DNA of 63,913 bases, counting the filler, from Choristocarpus tenellus KU-1152 (lineage: Eukaryota > Protista > Phaeophyceae), in the NCBI GenBank assembly GCA_964200185.2. It is 9 parts of 9 records of this genome, joined end to end, with 100 filler letters (N's around TTAATTAATTAA, not from the genome) between each part and the next. Parts side by side here need not be neighbours in the genome. Positions count along the whole stretch, not along the records: positions 1 to 21,414 come from CAXNAD020000346.1; 8 more parts are not named here. The stretch is one strand, 5' to 3'. The notes beneath the pieces are model-generated. The model saw only the letters and a list, made by a program, of their open reading frames with translations, ran no database searches and was not told where the DNA came from. The position numbers were made by a program, and so were the translations under genes. This document shows, in pieces, positions 1-15,100 of this stretch; position 1 is the first letter of the stretch; each line of letters starts with the position of its first letter.

Positions 1-258
1 ACAAAAAGAAAAAAAAAAAGGGGGGGGGGGGGGGGGTCGGCGTCCGTTTTTCACCCTTTTTTCGATTTTCACTTTATTGATGTGATTTGGTCGCACGTGT
101 CGGATTTGAAATGTCATAAAAAAAAAAAAAGTTTGGCCGAAACGGACGCCCCCCCCCCAACCACCACCCCCCCCCCCCCCCCCCATCCCCCCCCCCCCCC
201 TATTTGCTTTTTTCAACAAACTTACATACCATTAAAAAAAAAAAAGGGGGGGCGGGGA

Positions 259-297
<39 letters not shown>

Positions 298-1419
298 AGA
301 TACTTGGCCCATGTTTCAACACATCAGGTTGAAGCGGTGGTTAGGCAATATGATCGAGTGAAGGTATGTATATGCATTGACGAGGTTGTTGGGTGTCTTT
401 CATCCCCATTTGTGTTGCTGATGTAGGGTCATTGAACTGATTGATTTAATTGGATTTTGTTGTAGAATGTACAGGTTGAGTGCAGTAATGAGGAAATTAA
501 AGTCTCCAGAAGTTCGACACTTGACACAGGAATCATTGTCCATTCGATGTGTTAGCAGGAGAGATCTCCAAGGAAATGAGAGGATGTAAGCATGAAACAA
601 GCCCACCCTTGTATCCACCGAAACCGCTAACACCACTATTGAACTATGGCTTGATCAGTTAGAGAAGAAAAGGGATTCCCTTGGGGTGAGTAGATGATGG
701 AGAGATCCCAAGCTAGGTCCTAAATCCTCTTTACCCAGTTTTGAAAATGAACCTTCATGCATTCCATGAACGTTAGGAATATCGTGATCTGTCAGGAGTT
801 GAAAGTGTGTAAAGAGATAGTTTGTGTATACTACCAATATATCTTGTGCTCCCCCCAATGACAAAATTATTGTTTATTGAAGTTTTTTTCCTTCACTTAT
901 CACAAGTACAACTTAGCTGAGATATTTCACATAATTGAAGATATTTCTATAATGAATACACTATTAATATCTGGAACTAGTATATCCCGTTACTACTGTA
1001 ATAATTGGATATGAATATTTAGAGGTAATGGCATATCATATATTTGTAATGTTAGATATTAGTAGATGCAATGAATAATCATTTGTAATATAAATTCTTC
1101 AAGTGGTGTTTATGAATCCACCAAGTTTACTGTTATATTTTTGTTTGTTGTTGTAGATATAAAGGCCACTTCGTGCAGTGCGTAGGATGTTATTGTGTTC
1201 TTCAACAAAATAAAATGGAAAATGGACTCGAACGGGTAACATTCCAACATTCCAACATTCCAGTTGACCTTCCAAATGCAAATATCGAGATAACCAGGTA
1301 ATGAGACCTATGAGTGATGGACATCCACTACTGCTAGCAAAATAAACCAACCAGTACAACCCCCCTTACCCTATCCGCCATACTATTCTACCTGCAAATA
1401 CCTGTACGCAGCTTCTGCT

Positions 1420-1674
1420 GAGTCAATGTATCTTAGAGGGTGAAACCGCGTCCGTTTGGGGTCAAAATCCAATGTTGCCATTTTGATGTAAATTTGGGTA
1501 TTATGTTTGTTAGGAAGTGTCAATATCCTTGTTCCGAACACACCTCTTCAAAGCATACACATTTTACCTACTCAGAAACATTTCGGAGTAGGAAAATATC
1601 ATAACAATCCGTGGGAAGCCAAGCCCCCAATGGACAAACAGGGGAAAATTCGTACCCTCTGAGATACTTCACTC
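1420..1674 (+). mobile_element. MITE subfamily A, full copy
   Basis: TIRs GAGTCAATGTATCTTAGAGGG / CCCTCTGAGATACTTCACTC, flanked by a 4-bp TSD TGCT. Homologous to the copies at 11789, 58044 and 62323. Confidence 0.9.
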
Positions 1675-3729
1675 TGCTCTATGATTCTGCGCTCCGTACT
1701 TCAGAGTATTGTACCCACCGTTCACGAGTGAGTTCTCGGTGATAATCGCTTTCGTTGTTGTTGGTGGGAGGCTGTTGTCATCCTTCCATCGTGGGGTGAT
1801 ATCGGACGAATACCCTGCCCAGGTGGAAAATGTTGGAGTTACATTTAGGAACACCAAGCATTTGATATTTTCGGTATCTTTGTGCAATAGTAGTCTGTGC
1901 AGGTGTCTTCCTGTACACGTACTGGAGAATTACTTATTGTGCGTGTGTGTGATTTGTACCACAACCCCTCCCCACCTCTGCCTCCGCCACGTTCAACATT
2001 CAAGCTCACTATTACTCAGTATAAGCATACAGAGAGTATTATTTTGACGATGAGATAATGAACTTTCATAACTAAGCAGTGTGACTTCGTGTACGCACCT
2101 CACTTCGTCATTCAGCATTGCAAATTGATGAGTAAATAAAATACTACTATGAACTTCCATAATTTGATGAGTAACATTTTATTTAATATTATTTTTAGTA
2201 TTCATGTACACCTCCAAACGAAGCAAGAGGGTGAAACGACCTACAATTATGTCCACCGTTGACTGATTTTTATGAATTATCTGCAAGAGAATTAGATATT
2301 GTAGATGAGACCTTCATTTCCTTCAAACTGTGCCCATGTTACCCACCCAACAGAGAAACCATATTAACAAAAAAAAGGTGGAACGTGAATGTGCTAAGGC
2401 ATGCATGTACGCATCTCCGTAATGTTTGTTGTGTTGTTGTTCCACAGAAGAAATATATCATCATTGGTCGCAAACAAACGATCGCACCACCAACTGGAAG
2501 AAAAAATATTGTCGCAACACCTCCCAAAACGCAAGTTAGTAATATTTTCTGCATTCGATAGGAAGACAAGGACGGGAGAAGGAAGTACAAGAGAAGATGG
2601 AAGAGTTCGTGTAGGACGTTCCTTCATAGAGTTCGGATGGTGAGGTGTAGAGTGGGAGAGGAGACGTTTATAGGGACATTCAAAATATAGTTGAGCATTT
2701 TGTTTTTCTCTTTGAAAAACATAATATTTATTGCTGAAACGCGAAGAACACTACTCCTTTTGAGGTTACATTTTTCAAAGTTTGTAATCTAGAGTCACAT
2801 ACGTCATAAGACGATTTGACTCTACTGTTATGACCTTGAATAGAAACAAGTCAGTACAATATGAATTGACTATACACGTCATACTATGTACTATTGTTAG
2901 GAGGTATAATAGTATATATGTACTATCTACACAATACGATCAAATCAGTATAATATGAATTGACCACTACTATACTATACATTGTACATCCAGTATATAC
3001 CCTTTAAATTATAGTAATAATATAAACACGGATTGGAGTTACTATTATGATGAGGTGAGGGCGCTAAGTTCCGGTACAGTTTGAAGCAACAATTAACACT
3101 ATATGTGAGAGAGGTGGAGCAAGATCCAAGAATGACATCCAGCATCAAAGAGCCATCTTGAAAAACTGGGCCTCCAATTGTGTTGCTCTTGTGGTGCAAT
3201 ATGATAATAGCCCATACCGAGGACTGCATCAGGACGAGGTTTCAGGGTGCAGACTGCGTCTTTCACCAAGTTCTTTACACAGTAGCTTCAAGGAAACAAC
3301 GACGGCAATGGAATGATCAGGTTGGCACCTTTAGTGTTTGGGAGCTTTAGAGTTATTCTAGTAATTGAAGGGCAGGGAGCGATGGTTGGGGGAAGGCATG
3401 GCGTTAACTGTGAGGTCGCAGGGGGGGTTAATCTGTACGATCTGAACCCATATCTTGAAATGTATCCTTCGCGGTGAGAGGGAATGATAGGTTTTTGGGT
3501 AACTCGGACGGGGTCACGAGGAACTGCAGTGTGTAGCCCGATGCCTTGCTGTCTAACCCAAAGTGCAAGCGTGGATGGAGAAGACGCTACCAGAGCAGTA
3601 AGAAGTGGGTTCCGCAACTCATAGTGTGATGACCTCGTCAGCTGGAAAAATTATGAACGCATATGCTGTTCCTTTAACCTGTGTCGGGTTTGTGTGGGGC
3701 TGACGATAGAAATCTGGCGGATATGTTCC

Positions 3730-4560
3730 TCAATAGGCAACGGCTCGTTTCTTTCTGGGCTGAGAGGATCCTGAGGATTGTCGAAAACTTTCAACTCTAA
3801 ACAATACCAAACGACATTTCTTGGTCGGGTGATACTCTGCTGTTTTTTTAAAAATATATGGGCCTCTTTTATTTGTCTGGATACTGAGCTCGTTGTGCCA
3901 TATCATTCCTCCATTTCCTGCCGTGATGCATAGTTTCCGAGGAGTCCTTTCAAACTTGGCCCCATATTGTTTAACGGGAAATTTAACGTTTGGTATCCGC
4001 AGCTGCACGAAAAGCCTCTCGATGATACTCTGGCACCGCTGTCCAAACTATTATGAGCCTAGAGCTCTAGCTCGATGGGATGGCAAAATCGAGGAGCAAT
4101 GATTGTGTTGTTGCGAATGTACAAAGATGAACCTAATCATTTTGAAACAATACTGGTCCCTTGACTTTTCATATCCTCCAGTCTGTAACCCTGTGAAGCA
4201 TTCGAAAAAGGGAATGCCCCAACCCTCCCCGCACTAAAATAAACTAGATTTATCTTGTATCAATATTCAATACTCTCTATTGCGATATTGAGGCCCAGCC
4301 TCGTGGATACCTACAGTGCAGCGCGTACGTGTCACCGTTATTCCAGATATACAATCAGTCCACCCACCGAACCTAATTGATACGGTCGTGGTTGCGTTTA
4401 CAAACGGACGATGTTGACATGGTATACAAGCTACTTGATCACTTCAAGGAAAAAGTGTGACATTTGTTGAAACATGAAGTATTGCCCATCTTATTATTGG
4501 CCATGCATGGATAGTATTGATCAACATGGAGGGCAATATCTTGGCAGGGACTTCATTTTG
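3730..4560 (-). mobile_element. Highly decayed retroelement-type (rve) integrase relic
   Basis: TPRKLCITAGNGG resembles PxxIxSDNG, and TAEYHPT...VESFRQ resembles TAYHPQxNGxxERF. An upstream YYPCM..C..C resembles the integrase Zn-finger. Multiple stops. Confidence 0.35.
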
Positions 4561-5749
4561 CTTACATTTCGCCAATAGTAAAAGGGACACGAGACAGACG
4601 AAACTATGTTTTTTTCGTTGCGACCACAGAAACTAAGGACTATCTTTGGTATCCTCCACCGTTGTGTTTTATTGTTCTCCTGTTGGCATTCCTCGCAACA
4701 ATTTTTTTGTGGCTTGCTTTCACTGGAGTGGACTTGTCAGTGGTAAATTCATGCGTCATTACTACAACAGGAGAAATAATAAAATCTATTTGATGTAGTC
4801 CAATCAACCTCTCCTGACTGAATTTCAATTTTGACTTTTTCCTTTCAACTGCATGGCAACAATCTCGTCATGTACTGGTACAGGCTTAATCTGTGCTACA
4901 ATGAAGACAAAAAGTGATTTTCTTGTGTGTATTTGAAAAAACTCACACCAATATCTTTGTTGCAAGGCTGGTGAATCCGCATGAAGATCCTTTATACATT
5001 ATAACTTCTGTATCAGTGCATTTTGTTTAGGTTCAGAGAGTGTGAGAGAAAACGTGAAGGCTTTATACCAAAGTCTTGTATCAGTAAACAACCTGTGGAA
5101 CGCTAAAGTCAGAGTCCAATATTTTGTGTTGACAACTCTTGCAATCAATGAGAATAGATACTGTATTTGAAGCCTTGCAACAAGGGCATTTGGTTTGGAC
5201 AGCTAGAGTATGGAGTGCTCATTAGTATTTTTGTTCTGCCATAAGTCATTATTTCATGGTTCAATAGGTGTCAACACGTCTCCATGTTCAGTATTTGCTT
5301 GTTGGGCTGCATCAGTCCTATGGGAGCACACAGTGAGAATATTAGCACTGATCAGTCCAAAGTCATACAATTGTTGATTCTGGCAACTGCTTGAAAAGCG
5401 CACTGCGATGCTAGGTCATGTAGTGAGATGGTACCTCAGGGATATTCTGAGAAAGAGTTTTCTTTGCACTTATCTGGAGCAAGCTTGCACTGTATGAGAT
5501 ACCGTCCCCTCCTTGTGTTCTGAGTGGAGAGTACTTTGTTGAAGTAAGTTGCCTTAAGGCCTGTGGATGTGGCAATATATTACATTGTGATGATGACATG
5601 GATACTCTGCATCCTTGTTGATGATGATTTACACAAAATTGTGAATATTGGAAGAGGCAATGTTTGGTGTGCGTTGGCACGGAGATAGCAAATATGGCAT
5701 CATAACAGTGTCTTCCATTGCACAGGAATCCTTGTAGTACACACTAGAT

Positions 5750-5780
<31 letters not shown>

Positions 5781-7080
5781 AATTGAAGTATATATCTAAT
5801 CCTTTCCGATATAGCTAGTCTTTGTTTCATTGATCAGAGTAAATAGTTTAGTTTCTGGAATTTCCTTTACAAATGGTTGGAGTGTTCCGTGCGAAACTGT
5901 GATGTCAGCCATGGTGCATTATTTTTTATTTCTTATTTTGTGTATGTTGATTATATGACACGTCTTCAAATTGCACCTTTTGAACTCCTTGGTTGAGCAC
6001 TACTTGTTTGGTTGCAAGATAATTTATGGTTGCAAACAGCTGATATAGTGTATGTGTTCTTGGATCATTTTATGAGTTAAGTGTGTTTACATTCTGCGAG
6101 GAAAGATCTAGGCCCTTAGAAGTGTAATGCAACAAAGTAGTGTGGTTTTCCTCTCTTGACTCATGCTGAAGGTCTACAAGCAAACAAGTTCTTTTTCCAA
6201 TGAGGTGGTGGAGATAGTGCTTTTTGTGCATGAAGCAGTCTGTTGTCTAGTGATGTGTGTCTCCGTTTTTGTTGTGTTGTTGTAGTGCCGCCACAAGATA
6301 CTTGTTGACCCTATCTTCTTGAGAGTGAAGTCTGCCACCATTTCAACTCTCTATGTTCTTATTTCTTTGTTCTGAATATTTGTTCTCATCGATGTTGTTG
6401 TTCCCTTTGGTAGTACTATTTTAAGTATTGCCATTGTATTACTTACAATGTAACAACATGCATTGTAATTATGTTGAGTCTAAGTTGCATGAAGCCTTCA
6501 CCCTATCCCCTATCTCCGTGCAGTATTTGTAGAGGGGTAGTTCGTATCCCGCGAAGGCACTCCCTACAGCAATAATTGTTGCCCTTCCTCGCCACCCCCA
6601 CCATGCGATATTATCCTAACCTTGCAGAGATCTCTTTAATAGTTTGTCCTCTCTCTCATTTCTAAAGATCTTTCTGTGAGCCGTGGTGTGGTGATAGTGA
6701 AACAGAACGAACGATATTGACTGCCGATATGAAAAAGTACTACCAGCATGAACCAATATTTAAAAGGTAAGTTCGGACAGGCAATGGCTGTTTTTGACTC
6801 GGCTGAAATGTTTCTACCCTTCCACCACCCCGGTTCATGATTGCCAATGACACCATGAGAATGTCTTATCGTCTTCCTTGTTGATGTTTACCATACATCC
6901 ATCTGAGTTCCTTCTGGATAAGCGACAAGCATATTTTTTTCTTGTCCTGGATGACCCCACTTCCCCCCACCCTCCCAGACATCTTTTTGTTACTGAGAGG
7001 AAGAAAGGAACAAAGCAAGGAAAGAAGACAACTTCTGATGGTCAACGCTTCAGAGACGGAAGTATTCATCCTGTGTACGA

Positions 7081-9068
7081 GTGGGAAGGACTGGGCATAT
7101 TACTGAGATACAACGAATGCTATCATCGTACTTCAAGGGTGTTCAATTCCCACAATTACCATCAATGAGTGGGGATACCATGGACATAGATACAGAGTCG
7201 GGGAAAGCAGACAGCAGCACCAGCATCGACTGCATAAGAGGTCTGGGGGAAGTTCAGGGAGGGTCATCGATACCACTGTTATCCAGTAACCCATGGCCCA
7301 TGTCTTGTGCAGTAAGGGATGGAACTAGTCAACCTGCTGACGGATCAGAGGGAGATGGGGGGGGAGAGGGTAGGGGTATGGAAGTGGAACAGGTGGGCAA
7401 GGAGTGGGGGGAAGAAGATCAGGATGTCAGTGGAGGACAGAGGCAGGGGCAGTTGCAGGAAGGAGGAGGGAAAAGGCCGGTAGCAACCCGTGTGGGTGGT
7501 CGCAACAGAAAAGTGTGAGATGATTTTTTGATATAGGTGTTTTTCTGTTGTATAACTTTGAGGGTGTAGTTGGGTGGGATGCTTGGGATTAGGGTTTGAG
7601 AAGATGTGTATGTTATTGATAATGATATTTTTGTTGTAGGTGGTAATCAATTGTTTGTTAGCACTTGACACCGAGCTCTTCTTTTGCTCTATCGAGTACT
7701 CGCATCTTTCAATAAATGTGCATCTTATTGTTTTCCTTAATATTTATGGTTTCCACAACTACTGTGCTGTTGTGGATTGCAATGATGGAAGAAGAATCGA
7801 GTTTATGAAAATATATAGAAAAATGGTACTTACTGTGATTGAATGTATTTGTTTGTTTCAGTATGCAACTATTACAAGAGTAACATTGCATGTTTTAAGA
7901 GTGCTGATTATTTACTATTATAATATTTCAAAGGTTCAGTGTTTGGGATAGGGATAGGCATAGGGACAGTACATTACTTCAAAAGGATAAGGTTAGGGGT
8001 AAGGTTTAGGGTCAAGGTTAGGGGTAAGGTTAGGGTTGGGGTTAGGGATAGCGTCTTTGTACAGATGGCAGCAGAAGGAGATGCGCCATATGAGCACACA
8101 AAAGCAGAGGGTGCTTTTGAAATAATGTAGTGTAATGGTAACATTTGTACGCATCAGCCAAATTGTACACTTTCGTTTTCGGAGATCATCATACTTGTTC
8201 TTTCTAACCCTTTTCTACTTTCCTATCTTCCCAATTTTTATGCCTATGTTTTAAAAGAAGCATAATGCTCAGCGAGTCACTGGCTAAACTGGAAATTTTC
8301 GATTATTGCCGACTTGGAAATGGGCACCTAGTGGAGTGGTAAAACACTACATTTTAACCTCCATATGGTACAATCAATTGTACATACACCATCATCAATT
8401 ATTCTGTCATGATGTACTGCCGATGAAACCGAAATTCATACTTACACCACTGGCTTTGCAGTATCTTCTCCGCTCTAGGGAAGTAAGTTCTTTTTGATTT
8501 CACTTTTTCAAACTGTTAGGGGATCTAACCCTATGACCCTACTGTTATTCATCCTGATCACAGGGATGCATGTAGGGTGTTGGTTTTGTTGGTGGTATGG
8601 CATGACTGTGAAGGAAGCTGGTGGTGTTATGATACATTATTGTAGTACTGTTGTGTGGACTCGCCGGTCCCGCAACATTTGCTTGGTGGCAGGCTCCGAT
8701 TTTTATTGTCAATGTTGATGGACTGTGCTAATTGGAGCATTTAGTTCCCTGGTACTGAAACCCACTGCAACCTGGTTATATATGTTGATATTGCAGTGTA
8801 TCTTTTCTTTGCCCTGTTTGAGGGCAGCACACACAGGAGGATTGGTTCCAGTTAGGCACCGTTGTAGCTACCCCAGGTGGGTGGTGATACGGGTAAGTCT
8901 GTACCTATCAGAAAAAAAATTCGTCCAGTATCTGTCTCAATTTCCAACAATTTGCACACGTTACTTACAAGCCTCAATTTTTAGGCATTGACTGGACTAT
9001 GCACTTGTTATCATTGTTGTTCTTCTTCCTACTATAACCACTTCTACCAGCACTACTACTACTACTCT

Positions 9069-9115
<47 letters not shown>

Positions 9116-12100
9116 TTGCTACTACTACTTCAGAATATATGTATTTATTATTGCTCGTATTGTGTTACTATTTTGCTAAGAAATGCTATCTGGTGCACAA
9201 GTAGATATGGGACCATTTGTGCATGTAAGTAGATATGGGAATGCCATGGCCAAATCATTGTGTGTTTGTAACATCTGTCCATGCTGTGGCTATAGAGTTG
9301 TACGGCTGATTTGTTTTGTCACTGAAAAAATATATGGATACTCCAACAGTATATCCAAATATAGTTGAACAGTGTATGTGTAATTACCACGTTGTAAATG
9401 AACAATTACCTCTGAGACTGCTACATAGCATTACATACTGCTACATGGTATAAATTATTTTTGAAGTGTGTGATACTTCAGAGCACAGTGTCATGAAATA
9501 ATGATAGTCTTTATTGAGAGCATTCCATGCATCCACCAGTGCTCGAAGTGGTTTCTTGTATTTGTTTGGCGATATGATGTACAAATTAGATGATGCGAGG
9601 TATGAGGTTCAAATTTGTATGTAAATTTGATTTTTCCAGAAACACCTTCAAAGTGCTCGAGTAGTATTGAAATGTGCAGCCATAGTGTACCAAGCAGGAT
9701 GCTGTGAGGAACATTCAGCACACCTCATTACACTCATAGTGTGGTGTGATAAAGTAATAGGTGAATCCGACCCTTGAATTTCAATAACTATTTGATACTA
9801 TCAATACATATTTTTTGTAAATTACAATTGTGTATGAGATGATGCTGTAACTACTCTTATATGCACTAACCAAGACATTCCATTACTCACCTCAATCAAT
9901 TCATCTGCCCTTCCCTTTCCCCCCCTCCCAAATATCAATCTCTTCTCTAGATGTCGCATCCTAAATGCACAAGCCTCAATTATTCTAACCGTAACCCTTG
10001 ACCTGACTTGGCCATAACCTCAAGCCTATCCCTATGGTGCAGGAGTGCCAGGTATGAAGAGTTCAAAGTCCAACAGAGGTTAGAAAAGCGCATTGATGAT
10101 CTTGCACCCTCCGTGAAGTCCTCAAGGTTTTCCTCCCGCAGGGCTACGGCAAGATGGGAAGGAGGGCGTCACATTGTTGTTAAGCGGCAGGTGAGGCACA
10201 TGTAGGACAGGTTCGGGTTGCATTCCACAAATTGGTAATGCTGTGCTATTCCTTTTTGTAGTGATAGATGGTGATTGGTCTGTTTGGTACTTCCTAGTGG
10301 TTGTTGTGTTGATATTGATTGGTGTGGCTTTTGGTGATACTGCCTACTGAATTGTCTGCTCATTGCTTGTTGTAAGTTGTTCAATTGCTAGTGTTACGTT
10401 TATGTTTGTGTTTATGGTCATGTTTCCTAATATAATAGGTTTATTGTTGTTACATTATTAGGTGTAATATTTAGTCTTCACTGGGAGCGCTTTTTTGTTT
10501 GTGGGTGAGTAAATCCTCATCAAGCGCAAAATGACAGTTGCATACTGTTTTTTTAATTAACCCTAAGTGTGAAGATTTGTTCATACATTCATGTCTGATT
10601 TTCTTGTGGCATTTCCTTTCCTCTGGCCAATCTTCAAAATATTGTTAATTTTGTTGTTAAGAAATAGCACCATGTACTCTGAGTAGTACTGTGTAACAAA
10701 CTATTTTTTGTCAAATTCTCTTTTCTTGTTGGTTTTGTGCAGTTCCTAGTTCACAGTATTTTTGTGTCACGAAATTGATACAAAAGGATACCATAAATTT
10801 ATTTGTAAGAAATGATCTGCTAAGGATAATGTCAATAAGGTGTCCTAATGTATTTTGTAGAGCGATATGTTTCATGCTTTAATGCCAACTCTCACACTGA
10901 ACTCGGATACATGACCTTTACATTGGCAGAACTGCTGAGGTGTGAATAGACTCTTTTGATGACCTGGAGAGAGTATTGGTGGGCTGCTAAGAGTGCATGC
11001 ATAGTGTCACTGTTTGAGTGGTAAAATAGTATATGAAGTAATTGGCTCCCCAGTTACTGATTAGTAATTGATGGTGATAATTTGGATATAACTGATAATA
11101 ATCTGTGCCATGTTGTAACTCCATAGAATGGGGATAACCAGTGTCCTATGCACTATTCATTGACATTGTGCACATTTCTTTTTGGATTGCTCCTAGTACT
11201 CACAGCTTCTTCGCTAATGCAATTTCCCAACAAGATCACACATTGCGGCATGAAATTTTGTTGTCACTCTATGTTCCTTCAAGAACTTAAACGACTGGCC
11301 ACTGAGGGTAGAAGGAGGTGGAAGAGGAGGAGGGCGTGAAGATGGCATTGAGACAGTAGCTCCAGCTATGGCATCAGGGTTGAGGCCAGCAGTGAGATCA
11401 AGAGAAGTTGCAGTGGACACAATTGTATTGGCCAGGTGTAGACGAAAGAGCCAGACCATGTGGCCGGCACGAGTCTGTTCCAGGAGAGAGGTAAGAGAGT
11501 CACGTTGATACTCTAGTTTCAGCAGTGTGTTGAATGAGGGTTTAAGGTTAGCTGGGTTGGTATTATGGTAGCGGTGACGATACTGAGGGGGGGTTGAGGG
11601 CATTGAGGGGAGCATTAATGCTTTGTGAAGCCAATGGGGATTGAGTTGGCTTTCAAGTTCAGCACTTTAAAATTTTCTGTTCTTAATACTTTGAATTAGC
11701 TGGTGGGACTGTTGAGGCAGGTGGCAAGAGAGAGTGGTGTTGCTGGGTCTGTCATGTGCTGCACCTTAAACTGTGAATCTCACCAACAGAGCTAACGTAT
11801 CTTAGAGGGTAGAGCTGCGTCCATTTCGGCCCCATAATCCAATTTGTCATTTTGATGTAATTTTGGTTATCGTGTTGGTTAGGAAGTGTCAACGTCCTTG
11901 TTCCGGACACACCTTTCAAAACATACACATTTTTCCCTTCTCCGAAATATTTGGGAGTAGGAAAATGTCATAAAAAACACCATGGGAAATCAAGCCCCAA
12001 ATGGACGAACAGGGCAACATTCGTACCCTCTAAGATACTTTCACTCAACACTTGTACCAAAGGTGTTCTACCCCCCAACCTATTTTATACACCCACTCAT

Positions 12101-15100
12101 CCATCCTGCTCTTCTTGCTGATGTACAACCCTGGTGTCATTCTGGACAAATCTCTGGAATATTTCTGGAAAGGTCTTGGAGCGACTCAAAGAGGCACCAG
12201 CAGGGGATTGTGGTGTGGATGTAAGAAATGAGTGCCTGGTGGTATTCCTGTGTGAAGGGGGTCACCATGTGACAGACTGGGTGTCGCCCCATGTCATACG
12301 GCCATACCAGAGCCGTGCCATGTCCCATCCTAAAAAGAAGAAAGGAAATATGGGGACTATCCGACTTCAGGTATTATAGTTCCTCATGCTTGCCCTAACT
12401 CTGAGCTTTTATGTGGGAGAGTGATTTCAAGAACGAAGGAGTAGTGAAAGTTGAAGGACGAATCTAACGCTAACCCTACCCTAATCCCGCAGACAGTTCT
12501 ACTGATTCAAATGTTTTTTGTGCTATATTGCCTTCTCTCGCAAATCTTATTGTAATTTTAAACTTCTATGGTGAAATAGTACTTCATATTTGAGTAGAAC
12601 ATAATGCCGGATAGCACTCTTGATCAGATTAGAAACAAGCCTGGATGAAAGGTTTTCCGGAGGAATATAATGCCATTCTCTATTGCTACGACTTGCAGGG
12701 TGGGATTGCATTTTTGATATTCTTTCCCCCCTCCCTACTAGATAGAAATGTATTCTCTGATATACAGCTAGCCCTGGTCATGTGATTGATAAGAGCATGT
12801 GGCACTATCTTAATTGCATCCACCAGAATTAATTCAGAGGAATGTGCTTTGTTCATACCTAGCAGACGTATTACATAAACACCTGTTTTACATCCACTAA
12901 TGTGATGACCTACTTGTTGTCCTCAATGGCATGGGCTAGCACATTTTTTTTTCACAGCACCACCAGGATTTTCGATTTTTTATGCAGATCTTTACCTCAT
13001 ATGGCCTTGTCCTTGGTCCGTAGCTATATTCATACAAATGAAAGGTTGAAGGATCAAACACAATGTGCAATGTAGATGCAAAGTGACATTTCCTCCTCCT
13101 CCTCCTCCTCCTCCTCAAACTTTCCAATTTATCCTCCATTAGCCGGACTTCATTGCTGCCGAGGCATGGGCTGAAAGCCTCATGGACCTTGTCGTTTCTG
13201 CACGTGGTGAGGCCAGTATTGCAATACGCAATTGCCATGAGAAGGCTGCTTCTACCGACACCACTTCTCTATTTGCCGAGACAGCCTTGTTGCAACTAAA
13301 CACCGAGGGTGAGAAGGTTGGTGGGGAAGAGAATGAAGGTATCTTTCGTGAGGATCAAAGAACTGGGCATGATGAGAACGCAGTTAGGGTGGAAACAAAG
13401 GGGGTGAAAGAGGACGAAGCAAGGGTGATGATGGGCAGATGTGCGGGTGGTGACTACACAGACAGAGAAGGGGAAAAGTCTTTGGGGAGAGAGGTGCTAG
13501 ACGAAGCGGATTTTCATGAGGTTGAGAAAACGTTTCCCATACAAGGAAATGATCTGGTAGAGGCAAGCAATGGGAGAAGTGTCAAGGCCATTGCTAGTGC
13601 CGGGCTTGCTGGAAGGGTTGCCATAGAGTTGTCAGAAAGGGAGCAGGAAGTATCTCCGGAACACATGGGATCGGAACAAGGATTCAGAAGTACAAATCAC
13701 CTTCGAATATCAGTTTCCCAGGGTATAGATTGCAATGGAAGTAGTATGGGGAATTGTAAAGAAGTTTACAGTGGGATAGGGGGCCAGGAAGGGTTTCTGC
13801 AAAGTCCTAGCTTGGACGGTGGGGTTGGAGGTGGAGGAGGGATGAAGGGGGCAGCAATGCAGGGGGCAGCAATGCAGGGCTTGCCTTCTGAGAGTAAGGG
13901 GTTATTGGAGGGAGATTCTGCAGAAGGAAAGGCAATATTTGGGGCTTGTGAGGCAAGGAATGGGGTCAGTCTTGCTTGTCAGCACAAGAGGTGCGTATTT
14001 GTGTGAGTATTGATCAGTGTGTAAATGTTGTAATTGTGCCACACGCGCTTGCTTTTCCTGTGTAGCACATCATTTGAGAATTTACTTGTTTGGTTGCTCT
14101 AAAATTGAAAGGAAAATGGTCATACCTCAAAAATGTATGTATAACCAAGTGATTACAGAGGTGAAGCATCCTATACCTTCCATAAATACATAGATGAAGC
14201 TTCAGAGAGATCTTAACCATAATAGTAATATCCAGATGTGTCACTCATTCTAGATTGGAAATACCTTGCTGTGAGTTGAAGTGGGATCTGGCAGAATATT
14301 TGGACTAGTCCCTATCACGTAATCCCTCAATCACCTTCACATTGTTAGCCTAGTAGGTAAACTGCATTTCACTAAGAAGAGAACAGGAGAATATCTTAAT
14401 ATAGAAAATTAGTACGCTTTTACTATCTTCCTCTGTCTTTTTCTCCCTCTTTCTAATATCCGTGAATTATGTGTATAGGTACAATATACATTTGTGTAGG
14501 TTGGCACTAATACATTCTCCTTGTTCCCACTCCCTGTCTAATCCGTACGCCCAAATCATACCGGCTTATAGTCTACCCAACAAATCCTCCCTGACAGTTG
14601 CTTTATATTAATAGGTACAATATCAACACCTACTTCGGCAGTGTTGAGAGACTTTCAATCCCATGTCAATTTTCTGGTCAACTTTACAACTCCTGGTCTG
14701 TACTTCACCCCTGCACCCTGCACCTCTTTTCCCCACATCCTTTTTTCCCACGAAATTTATATCTGCCACACACATGCATTATCTGACTCCAGCTATATCT
14801 TTATTCTAGACCCTTGTGTCCCTTCCCTAAGACTTGACCCATGTCAACATGATCTCAAGTTAAATTCATGTGGCCAGCCTGCTGCTTTTTACCAACCTAC
14901 CCTTTGAAGATTCTATACAGTACATCCCAAATATTCATAATAATGCACACATTATGTAGCCTTGCCACATTCCGTCCAATATCAGGCCTTGCTCTATGTT
15001 AGCACCACAAGACGTTGAAGAAGTTGGGCAGAGAAAATTCCAACGCAAGCAGTTATCGAGCACTTCTAAACAGCTCTGTTGCACCAATGGTAGCGAGGAC

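Noticed and set aside
82-426. Poly-proline/poly-lysine ORF
   Set aside because: It translates homopolymer tracts of a low-quality MITE B-like contig end.
6668-7080. Upstream exon(s) of the PWWP gene and possible in-frame TGA readthrough
   Set aside because: I could not join phases convincingly. The TGAs are explained more simply by intron sequence, CGA>TGA decay or assembly error than by recoding.
8988-9179. Poly-tyrosine ORF
   Set aside because: It is the translation of a (TAC)n microsatellite.
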